A stretch of 61,750 nucleotides of DNA, the filler included. It is 5 parts of 5 records of this genome, joined end to end, with 100 filler letters (N's around TTAATTAATTAA, not from the genome) between each part and the next. Parts side by side here need not be neighbours in the genome. Positions count along the whole stretch, not along the records: positions 25,354 to 44,242 come from SRR31156797_19681; 4 more parts are not named here. One strand, written 5' to 3'. The translations under genes and the position numbers were made by a program. A model generated the notes under the pieces. The model saw only the letters and a list, made by a program, of their open reading frames with translations. It made no database searches and was not told the DNA's origin. The stretch's first letter is position 1. Every line of letters begins with the position of its first letter. Shown in pieces: positions 29,102 to 37,628 of this stretch.

Positions 29102-30091
29102 ATGAAAAAAGTTGTGTTGTTTTTGGGGATTATCACCATGGCTATATTCACATTTAGTGCATGTAGTTCCGATAATGAATTAAATGAAATTAGTGAAGAA
29201 GCCGGGTTAAAAAGCGATACCATAGATCCTTGGGTATATGTTTTCAAAAATGCCTGGTATTATAGTATCGAAGATGTTCAACTTGATCCTTGTGGAGAAG
29301 TTAGCCAGTATCCATTCTTTGAATCAGCTCTTGTTACCATAGCCAATGATGAAGAATTTTTATACGTTAAAGTAGCTCCTGAAGAAGGTTGGTCTATTCG
29401 TGAAATGTCGGTTGCAGTATGGGCAGAAGGGGACACTCCTCATACAGAATACAGAGATTTTCCTTATAGAAAAAGCTTTGCTTCGGTTGAATATCCGGAA
29501 CATCTTACCTACAAAATTCCTGTGGAAGAAGCTTGGGGAGACTGTTTTAAGCTTAGCATTAAAATTATGAATTACAATGGCGAAAGCTACGACTGGTATT
29601 GGTTAACAACAGACAACACTAAGAGTGAAAACTACGTATTGGATTATTGCTGGCAAAGCTGCAAAGAATGTCCACCTGTAAAAGTTGGAGATATTATTGC
29701 AGGTCGTTTCTTTGATGTTGGTGATCTAATTGTATGGGAAGATGCAGATTATCTTTACATTCAATATGATTTAAAAGACGGTATCATACTTAAAGAAGCC
29801 CATGTATATGTTGGCTGTATAGATGAAATGCCTGCAACAAGAAAAAGAACTCCTAAAATTGGTAACTTCCCTTATCATACAGATGATTTGGACAATGGAT
29901 TATTAATGATTCCTTTGGCTGACATTGCTGAGGTTTGCAAAGATAAAAATGGATGTATTCCAATCGCTGCTCATGCTGTAGTTGCTAAAAAATTCAGAAG
30001 ACATTACTGGCAACAAACAGCCTGGAGTACAGGTACAGAATTTCAATGCAGAAGATGGGGATGGTTTAGCACTTACTGTCCTTGCGAATAG
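29102..30091 (+). CDS. Cys-rich lipoprotein of unknown function
   Basis: Lipobox FTFSAC; two related domains. Confidence 0.75.
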   Translation: MKKVVLFLGIITMAIFTFSACSSDNELNEISEEAGLKSDTIDPWVYVFKNAWYYSIEDVQLDPCGEVSQYPFFESALVTIANDEEFLYVKVAPEEGWSIREMSVAVWAEGDTPHTEYRDFPYRKSFASVEYPEHLTYKIPVEEAWGDCFKLSIKIMNYNGESYDWYWLTTDNTKSENYVLDYCWQSCKECPPVKVGDIIAGRFFDVGDLIVWEDADYLYIQYDLKDGIILKEAHVYVGCIDEMPATRKRTPKIGNFPYHTDDLDNGLLMIPLADIAEVCKDKNGCIPIAAHAVVAKKFRRHYWQQTAWSTGTEFQCRRWGWFSTYCPCE

Positions 30092-30128
30092 ATGATCCCA
30101 TAAAGGCATCAATAACACACAGCACTAT

Positions 30129-30153
30129 GGCTCCCAAGTTGGGAGCCTTTTTT
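30129..30153 (+). terminator. intrinsic terminator
   Basis: GGCTCCC-aagtt-GGGAGCC followed by T6. Confidence 0.8.
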
Positions 30154-30179
30154 ATATCTGAAAATGCACTCATGCATTA

Positions 30180-30343
30180 TGCAGGGAGCTTTCGGCAGTT
30201 GCCAATTCCTTGCTGCAAGGTGCAAGAAGCTTTCGAAACGTAACGATCCTTTGCTGCAAAATACAGGAGACTTTCGGTGCGTTCAGAAACCTTGTTGCAA
30301 AAGTCAGGGCGATTTCGGTATGTGCCGAAGCTATGCTGCAAAA
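30180..30343. repeat. four degenerate 41-bp palindromic tandem units
   Basis: Units start at 30180, 30221, 30262 and 30303; each has TTTCG and TG(C/T)TGCAA at fixed offsets. Confidence 0.8.
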
Positions 30344-30463
30344 ATTATCAACCCTAAAACATTTTAGCTTTAAAACTCTTTTACTACCTCTTTTAATCTA
30401 ATCAGTTTTAACATTCAGAGCAAGAATCGATAAAACGGCTAACTTTGCATTTTACAAAAAAAC

Positions 30464-31378
30464 ATGAAACATATATTTTCAAGTACATATTTACTGGCTA
30501 TTATTGCCTGTTTGTTTTGGTCAACCGCCTTTGCCGGAATAAAAGTAGGCTTACAATATACTACGCCACTACAATTTGCCGGTATTCGTTTTTTTATTGC
30601 AGGACTGTTAATTATACCTCTCACTAAAAATATCCCTCAGTTTTTAGGCGCTTTAAAAGAGCATCCCTGGCAAATAGCAAAGGTATCTTTATTTCAAACC
30701 TTTGTTTTATATGCACTTTTTTACATTGGTTTAAGCAAAGTTCCCGGAGCCATTGCGGCCATACTAATTGGTTCTCAACCTTTGTTTGCCGCATTGGTGG
30801 CTTCTGTTATGCAAAAAAACGATAGACTTACTGCAAAAAAATTCCTTACTATTTCTTTAGGAATAGCCGGCATCATATTAATTGCCTACCACAAACGCTG
30901 GGGTGGAAAAACCGATGGAATGCAACAACTGGCCGGAATGGGTATTTTAATATTAGCGAATATTTCATCTGGCATTGGAAACGTATTTGTTTCAAAGCAA
31001 AAAGGTAAGATTCCTGCTACCATTTTAAGCTCTTGGCAAATGATAATTGGCGGTTTAGGATTGTTTTTACTCTCCTTAATCTCGGAGCCTTTTCATGGTT
31101 TTCATTTTCCTGCCACTTATTATATTTCATTGGGATGGTTAAGTTTTATATCTGCAGCATCTTTTACCATTTGGTTCTTTTTACTACAACGACCTAATGT
31201 ATTGGTTTCTGATTTAAACATCTGGAAATTCATCATTCCTATTTTTGGTGCCATTTTAAGCTGGCTCATCATCCCAGATGAAAAACCAGAATTCATTCCC
31301 ATCATCGGCATGCTAATTATTGGTATATCATTAGTATTATACAGTTTAGCCAATAAAAAAGCTGGCGCTAAAAAATAA
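30464..31378 (+). CDS. DMT/EamA-family transporter
   Basis: About 10 TMs; LFWSTAF, PLQFAGIRF, PIFGAILSWL. Confidence 0.88.
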   Translation: MKHIFSSTYLLAIIACLFWSTAFAGIKVGLQYTTPLQFAGIRFFIAGLLIIPLTKNIPQFLGALKEHPWQIAKVSLFQTFVLYALFYIGLSKVPGAIAAILIGSQPLFAALVASVMQKNDRLTAKKFLTISLGIAGIILIAYHKRWGGKTDGMQQLAGMGILILANISSGIGNVFVSKQKGKIPATILSSWQMIIGGLGLFLLSLISEPFHGFHFPATYYISLGWLSFISAASFTIWFFLLQRPNVLVSDLNIWKFIIPIFGAILSWLIIPDEKPEFIPIIGMLIIGISLVLYSLANKKAGAKK

Positions 31379-31382
31379 CATT

Positions 31383-31802
31383 ATGTGGATATGCCCCAAA
31401 TGCAAAAAGGAATTTAAGGCTCCGAGTCAATATCATTCATGCTATAGCCGAAAAGTTGAAGATCATCTTACTGGTAAACCGGAACCAATTCAAAAACTGA
31501 TTAATGAGATTTTGGATTATAGCGGAGCTTTTAAAGACTGTGAAATAAACGGGGTTAAAACGGGTATTTTATTAAAATGCAAGGCTAACTTCTTGTCTGT
31601 TTATCCCACCAGCAAGCAAGTCACCTTAGAATTTCAGCTACCTTATTTTACTGATGAATTCCCAATTGCATTTAGCAAGCGCATTTCAAAAAACAGGGTG
31701 TTTTGCAAAGTTAAAATTCAAACTTCAGAAGAATTTGACGATCAAATAAAGCAATGGATTAAAGATTCTTATCAGTTAATTTCTGGAAACGCATTAATGT
31801 AA
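31383..31802 (+). CDS. DUF5655-like protein with N-terminal CxxC/HxC motif
   Basis: MWICPKC..QYHSC; C-terminal DDQIKQWIKDSY. Confidence 0.65.
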   Translation: MWICPKCKKEFKAPSQYHSCYSRKVEDHLTGKPEPIQKLINEILDYSGAFKDCEINGVKTGILLKCKANFLSVYPTSKQVTLEFQLPYFTDEFPIAFSKRISKNRVFCKVKIQTSEEFDDQIKQWIKDSYQLISGNALM

Positions 31803-34800
31803 AATTTAAATACGGTTCCTTTATTATATTCCGATTCAACAATAACCTGCCCTTGTAATAGCTTAATAATATTATGAACTATACTTAATCCTAAGCCCAT
31901 GCCTTTATATACCTCCTGATTCCGTTTTGCCTTTTGAAAGGGATGAAATATTATTTTTAAATCTTCTTTATCAATGCCAATTCCTGTATCCTCCACCATG
32001 AACAGTACAGGATTAAAATCTCTTACATGATTCTCTCCTAACTCAAACCCCAACTGAGTTAATTCATCTTTATCCGAGCTTTTAACTGTTAAGTGAATAT
32101 GTCCTTCTTTTGTAAATTTAAGTGCATTTCTAATAAGGTTGGAAATCACTTGTTTTAAACGATATCGATCTGTTATCATCGTTACATCCTCAGGCTTAAG
32201 TTCCATCAACTGAACAAAATCAACATCATCACTTTTGTCTTCAAAGATGAGTTCGTTCAAAGTTTCTTTAATCAAATCAGGGATATGAACATGATCTTTC
32301 ACTATTTTCACATTTCCTGTTTCTATTCTTGAAATATCGATGATATCATCAATTAAAGCCAGTAATGATTCACTACTTTGACCAATTACCTGAAGAAAAT
32401 TCCTTTGCTGATCCTCCTCAAACTCCTCTGTTTGCAGAATACTTGAAAAACCGATAATGGCATTCATTGGTGTTCGAATCTCATGCGATAAGTTGGCTAA
32501 AAAGGCTGTTTTCAATTTATCCGATTCTTCTGCCTTCGTTTTGGCATCTTCAAGATCTTTAGTTCTCAACTCAACCAGATCTTCCAGATAGTTTCTATGT
32601 ATTTCGAGCTCTGTTTTTTGCTTTATCACTTCCTCTCTCGATTCTTCCAATTCCTTATTTGTATCGGAAATTTCTTTTGTCTTTTTTACTACTACTTCAA
32701 GCAATAGTTCCTTTTGGTTGCGATACCAGGCAATCCGAACTCTGAATATCAAATAAAGTATGGTAATAAAAAGCAATACCAGGAATATTCTAAAAAGATA
32801 GGTTTCATAATACCTCGGTCTCACATTTATATGCAAACGTGTTTCTTGTTTGCTCTCTACTCCGTGACTATTATAACCCTTTACCTTCAACACATAGTTG
32901 CCTGGCTTTAAGTTATTATATGATAAAGCTTGCGCCGGATAACCTTCTTGCCAATTAATATTATACCCTTGCAATATCCACTTAATTTTATTTCTAAAAC
33001 TATGCGAATAATTTAAAAATGATGCATAAAAAGAAACCTTTCCTTTACTTCGTAAATACGAAACAGAAGTATCATTCAAGTATATAATATCCTCATAAAT
33101 TTCGCTATCCACCACACTGGTCTGAGCTCCTTTTGACCATGCGTTAATCACTACAGGTTTGTCGTATTTATTAATATGAAAATAATCTGGATTAAACTCT
33201 ACAAATCCATTTAACCCTCCAAACAGAATATCTCCATTTGCATTTACATCACCTACGCCCCGATTAAAAACCTCACAAAAGGTACCATCTCTCTCATTAA
33301 AAGATGTGAAGCTATAATCTAAGGTATTAATTCTAGTAATTCCAAAATTGGTAGACACCCACATTTGATCATTGCCAGCATCATAAACTAAAGCATAACT
33401 ATAGCTCTCCAATTCTTCAATGGCCAACTCTATAGATAAGGTATTCGCTTGCGGATCAAAAATCAGCAAGCCTTTTCCAAAGGTAGAAATCCATAATTTG
33501 CCATGTTTATCAAATACAATATCGGTAACAACCAGAGGATATTGGCTTTCAATTGATTTGTAATCAACATCAATTTTCTGATATGACTTCAATGTCAAAT
33601 CAAAACGATAAAAACTCCCAGAACGGGATGTAAACCACAAAGCAGAACTATCCGGCTCGTAACACAAACCAGTTAAACGCCCAAAACGTTTATCTATAAT
33701 ATCCTTATCCGGAGGATAAAACTGAAACTCCTTAGTTTTGCGTTTGTAATGTATAAGTCCGGCATTACTTAATAACCAGCAAGCTTCTTCTTTCGCTTTT
33801 TGAAAACCCTTTAAAAAATTGATATTCTTTAAATCTTCTTCTCCTTTTATGGGCAATTCAGTTATCAGACGGGAATTAAAATCGTAGACAAGTAATCCTT
33901 TATCTGTTGCAAAATAAATATCGCTTGAATCAAACTGAAAAGCCTGATAAATAAAACGTGCTTTTGTATTTTCTATCAGCTTAAACTCCTTATCTTTTCT
34001 TGATTTATAATATAAATCACCACTTTTTACCGAAAACCAATATCCTCCATTAAAATCCTTATAAACCATGGAGAGATGCTTCACACTGCTATCTGTCAAC
34101 TCGCGGGTATCAAACTGCCTGAACAGGTTTTTATGATAATCGTATTTGCTAATCCCTTTATCTGTTGCAAAAAACACTATTTTTTGCTCAGGAATAAAGC
34201 AAGCATCTTTAATTTTATCACTTGGAATTGAACCTAAAGGATTCTGAATATTAAAAGTGTAATTGCTGACTTTTTTACTTTTTAAATCATAATAAAATAA
34301 GCCACTATTAAGTGATGTAATCCAGAAGTTTCCTAAATGGTCAGGTATCACTTTTACCAAAACAACATTAGAATCTTCTTTAAACAAAATCCTTACTTCA
34401 TTCGATTTTAAATCATGACAATAAAATCGAGATCCGATCGTAAAATATATATTCCCATCTTTTCTTTGGGATAAACCTCTTATTCTGTTATACTGTTTTT
34501 TTGCATGACTTATTTTGTAGAATTCACCATTTATATCATAATCTGTTTGAAAAGTTCCGTTGTATTTATCCAAACACATGATACCCTTTGCGGTTAAAAC
34601 CCATAGGAATGAATCTCCCTCCACAATATCATACACTCTGATATCAGGTATTTCATCTAGCGACCTGTATTCTCCCGTCTGAGGAGAAAAGATATATAAA
34701 CCCCTAATATTCGTACCAATCAGAATATTGCCATTTAAAAGTTGATACATACAGCTTATTCCTACAGGGATATTTTTTTCATTATTTTTTTGAGGCAGGT

Positions 34801-35182
34801 AAAAATGTTTAAAATCATTTTTAGTGATATCAACACGATTAACCCCTCCCCAGAGCGTTCCCACCCAAAATACGTAGCTTTCTCTATCTTCTATAATAAA
34901 AGTGATCGTATTATCGCTTAATGCGATAGTGTCTTGCTTCGAACGCCTGAAAACATCAAACAAAACCCCATCATAGCGCATTAATCCATCTGATGATCCA
35001 ATCCAAATAAAATCTTTACTATCCTTAAAAACACAGGTAGTTCTGGTATGCAAGAGACCTTCTCGCTTACCTATATTTTCAAATCCTCCAAATTCAGATT
35101 GAGCTACAAGTGCAGTACATGGAACAAACACAGCTAATATTAACAAAACACTTTTGATATGTTTTTGAATTGAATTTTTCAT
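31772..35182 (-). CDS. sensor histidine kinase with beta-propeller (Reg_prop/Y_Y_Y) ectodomain, no receiver domain
   Basis: DSKDFIWIG..GL repeats, YNNLKPGNYVLKV, TM, FLANLSHEIRTPMN, NLIRNALKFT, DTGIG, GLGLSIV. Confidence 0.92.
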   Translation of the reverse strand: MKNSIQKHIKSVLLILAVFVPCTALVAQSEFGGFENIGKREGLLHTRTTCVFKDSKDFIWIGSSDGLMRYDGVLFDVFRRSKQDTIALSDNTITFIIEDRESYVFWVGTLWGGVNRVDITKNDFKHFYLPQKNNEKNIPVGISCMYQLLNGNILIGTNIRGLYIFSPQTGEYRSLDEIPDIRVYDIVEGDSFLWVLTAKGIMCLDKYNGTFQTDYDINGEFYKISHAKKQYNRIRGLSQRKDGNIYFTIGSRFYCHDLKSNEVRILFKEDSNVVLVKVIPDHLGNFWITSLNSGLFYYDLKSKKVSNYTFNIQNPLGSIPSDKIKDACFIPEQKIVFFATDKGISKYDYHKNLFRQFDTRELTDSSVKHLSMVYKDFNGGYWFSVKSGDLYYKSRKDKEFKLIENTKARFIYQAFQFDSSDIYFATDKGLLVYDFNSRLITELPIKGEEDLKNINFLKGFQKAKEEACWLLSNAGLIHYKRKTKEFQFYPPDKDIIDKRFGRLTGLCYEPDSSALWFTSRSGSFYRFDLTLKSYQKIDVDYKSIESQYPLVVTDIVFDKHGKLWISTFGKGLLIFDPQANTLSIELAIEELESYSYALVYDAGNDQMWVSTNFGITRINTLDYSFTSFNERDGTFCEVFNRGVGDVNANGDILFGGLNGFVEFNPDYFHINKYDKPVVINAWSKGAQTSVVDSEIYEDIIYLNDTSVSYLRSKGKVSFYASFLNYSHSFRNKIKWILQGYNINWQEGYPAQALSYNNLKPGNYVLKVKGYNSHGVESKQETRLHINVRPRYYETYLFRIFLVLLFITILYLIFRVRIAWYRNQKELLLEVVVKKTKEISDTNKELEESREEVIKQKTELEIHRNYLEDLVELRTKDLEDAKTKAEESDKLKTAFLANLSHEIRTPMNAIIGFSSILQTEEFEEDQQRNFLQVIGQSSESLLALIDDIIDISRIETGNVKIVKDHVHIPDLIKETLNELIFEDKSDDVDFVQLMELKPEDVTMITDRYRLKQVISNLIRNALKFTKEGHIHLTVKSSDKDELTQLGFELGENHVRDFNPVLFMVEDTGIGIDKEDLKIIFHPFQKAKRNQEVYKGMGLGLSIVHNIIKLLQGQVIVESEYNKGTVFKFYINAFPEIN

Positions 35183-35320
35183 TTAAAATTGACCGATACT
35201 CACTCTTGAACAATTAAATGACAAGATAGTTGAAAATGAAATTTTAGCTGTGGTAATAATTGAGTTTAACTACTTTTGTAGCCCAAAGGTTACAATAACC
35301 CTCACTTTATTAATGTCAAT

Positions 35321-36469
35321 TTGATGAAAGAAATAAAAAGCAATCCAATGTATGCTTACCTGATCATTCTATCGGTAAGTGTAATTGCAGGACTACAATC
35401 GTGGAGAACTATTTTCAACAACTATGCTGTTGATATCATAGGCATTACAGGATTTCAGGTTGGCGTAATTCAATCTGTTCGCGAAATACCCGGTTTTTTA
35501 GCCTTATTAGTAATCTATCTTTTGCTGTTTATTAAAGAACATAAACTGGCAGCACTATCGGTTTTATTGATGGGAATTGGCATTAGTTTAACCGGATTTT
35601 TACCCTCTTTTGCCGGATTGGTTTTCACCACACTTGTCATGTCTTTAGGTTTTCACTATTTCGAAACAGTCAACAAGAGTTTAACCCTTCAACACTTTTC
35701 TTTAAAACAAGTACCCATTGTAATGGGAGATATTAAAAAGTATGGTGCATTAACTAATGTTCTTGTTGGTGGTATCATTTGGATAATCAGCAAATATTTT
35801 GAACTAAACCAGATATTCATCTTTTTTGGAATCATCCTAATTATTATTGGCATGATTGCTACAATGCGTAATCCTACAATAAAGGAAGTTGCTCCTCAAC
35901 AAAAAAAAATGGTGCTGAAGCAAAAATACTGGCTTTACTATGTACTCAATTTTTTAAGTGGTGCACGCAGACAAATCTTTGTAGCTTTTGCAGTATTTCT
36001 ATTAGTCGAAAAGTTTAAATTCAAAGTAGAAACTATTGCAATCCTTTTTATTGTTAACAATGTTATTACCTATTTTACTGCTCCATTAATAGCCAAAGCC
36101 ATTAACCGCTTTGGCGAAAGGCTTGTTTTAACCATAGAGTACACCTCTTTGATAGGAATATTTTTAGGTTATGCTTTTGTACAAAACGGCATTGCCATTG
36201 CAGTTTTGTATGTTCTTGATCATATATTCTTTGGCGCAGCCATGGCAGTAAACACCTACTTCCAAAAAATAGGTCAAAAGGAAGACATTGCTCCTTCAAT
36301 GGCTGTAGGCTTTACAATTAATCACATTTCAGCAGTTGTAATCCCAGCATTAGGAGGCGCCCTCTGGATGATTGACTCAAAAATTCCATTTATAGCCGGT
36401 GCTGCCATTGCTGTTCTATCTTTAATTTTTGCACAGTACATTAAAACCAAGCAAATCAAGAGTTTCTAG
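35321..36469 (+). CDS. MFS transporter
   Basis: About 12 TMs; SVREIPGFL, FLSGARRQIF, FTINHI. Confidence 0.85.
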   Translation: MMKEIKSNPMYAYLIILSVSVIAGLQSWRTIFNNYAVDIIGITGFQVGVIQSVREIPGFLALLVIYLLLFIKEHKLAALSVLLMGIGISLTGFLPSFAGLVFTTLVMSLGFHYFETVNKSLTLQHFSLKQVPIVMGDIKKYGALTNVLVGGIIWIISKYFELNQIFIFFGIILIIIGMIATMRNPTIKEVAPQQKKMVLKQKYWLYYVLNFLSGARRQIFVAFAVFLLVEKFKFKVETIAILFIVNNVITYFTAPLIAKAINRFGERLVLTIEYTSLIGIFLGYAFVQNGIAIAVLYVLDHIFFGAAMAVNTYFQKIGQKEDIAPSMAVGFTINHISAVVIPALGGALWMIDSKIPFIAGAAIAVLSLIFAQYIKTKQIKSF

Positions 36470-36581
36470 CCTGACATTTCTTCATCCATAAAAAATAATT
36501 TTGTTTCTGCTTTTATTGAAAAACGCAAAAACAATTTCAATACTAAGCTGTTATAGAAAGGTATTAACCCCTTAACATTGC

Positions 36582-37595
36582 ATGATTATGGATTTAAAAA
36601 CAAACTACATGGGAATTGAATTAAAAAATCCCATTATTGTTGGAGCTAGTAACCTAATTACTGATATAAACATGGCCAAAAAACTTGAAGATGCAGGTGC
36701 TGCTGCCATTGTTTATAAATCTTTATTTGAAGAACAGATCCATTTAGAAGCAGCTGAACTCGATGAAGATTTACATGAATATGATGAGCGAAATGCAGAG
36801 ATGACCTCTTTATTTCCAAACATTGAACACAGTGGCCCTAAAGCACATTTAATGGCACTTAAAAATGTTGTTGAAGCTGTTTCTATTCCTGTTTTTGCCA
36901 GTTTAAATTGTTTGTATGATGTAAGTTGGGTTGAATATGCTAAATATTTGGAACAAACTGGTGTAGCCGGTATAGAGCTAAACTTTTATCATACTATTAG
37001 TGAAAATCAGAAGACAGCTGAAGACATTGAGAAAGAACAACTAGAAGCATTAAAAAAAGTAAAGGCTGCAGTTAGTATTCCTGTCAGTGTAAAACTAAGT
37101 CCATATTATTCCAATACGCTTAATGTTATTCGAAATTTTGATTTAGCAGGTACTGATGGCTTTATTCTTTTTAATCGTTTATTTCAGCCGGACATTGATA
37201 CTGAAACGGAAGAATTGAAAATGCCTTATAATTTAAGTAGTAAAAACGATAACAGGCTGGCCTTAAGATATACAGGATTACTATCCGGATCAGTGCATGG
37301 CTCTTTATGTGCCAACAATGGAATTCATGATACTGAAGATATGATTTCTTTAATTCTTGCCGGAGCTGATGCTGTTCAGATTGTAAGCACCATATATAAA
37401 AATGGACTAGTTCAAATAACCACTATGCTAGAAGATATGGCTGTTTGGATGAAGAATAAGGGCTACAATTCAATCAATGATTTTAAAGGTAAATTAGCTA
37501 AAGACAATTTAAAAGAACCTTTTGCTTACAAAAGGGCTCAATACGTTGATTATCTAATGAAATCGAAAGAATTAGTTAAAAAATTCGCTTTATAA
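36582..37595 (+). CDS. dihydroorotate dehydrogenase-like flavoprotein
   Basis: LKNPIIVGAS, KSLFEEQI, PVSVKLSPY, FNRLFQPDID, LAGADAVQ. Confidence 0.85.
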   Translation: MIMDLKTNYMGIELKNPIIVGASNLITDINMAKKLEDAGAAAIVYKSLFEEQIHLEAAELDEDLHEYDERNAEMTSLFPNIEHSGPKAHLMALKNVVEAVSIPVFASLNCLYDVSWVEYAKYLEQTGVAGIELNFYHTISENQKTAEDIEKEQLEALKKVKAAVSIPVSVKLSPYYSNTLNVIRNFDLAGTDGFILFNRLFQPDIDTETEELKMPYNLSSKNDNRLALRYTGLLSGSVHGSLCANNGIHDTEDMISLILAGADAVQIVSTIYKNGLVQITTMLEDMAVWMKNKGYNSINDFKGKLAKDNLKEPFAYKRAQYVDYLMKSKELVKKFAL

Positions 37596-37603
37596 AAATA
37601 AAC

Positions 37604-37628
37604 AAAGGGTGCTTCATAAGCGCCCTTT
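37604..37628. terminator. bidirectional terminator between convergent genes
   Basis: AAAGGGTGCTT-cat-AAGCGCCCTTT. Confidence 0.65.

Noticed and set aside
30180-30343. Possible CRISPR array
   Set aside because: No identical repeats separated by unique spacers, period too short and no cas genes; kept as a non-CRISPR repeat finding.
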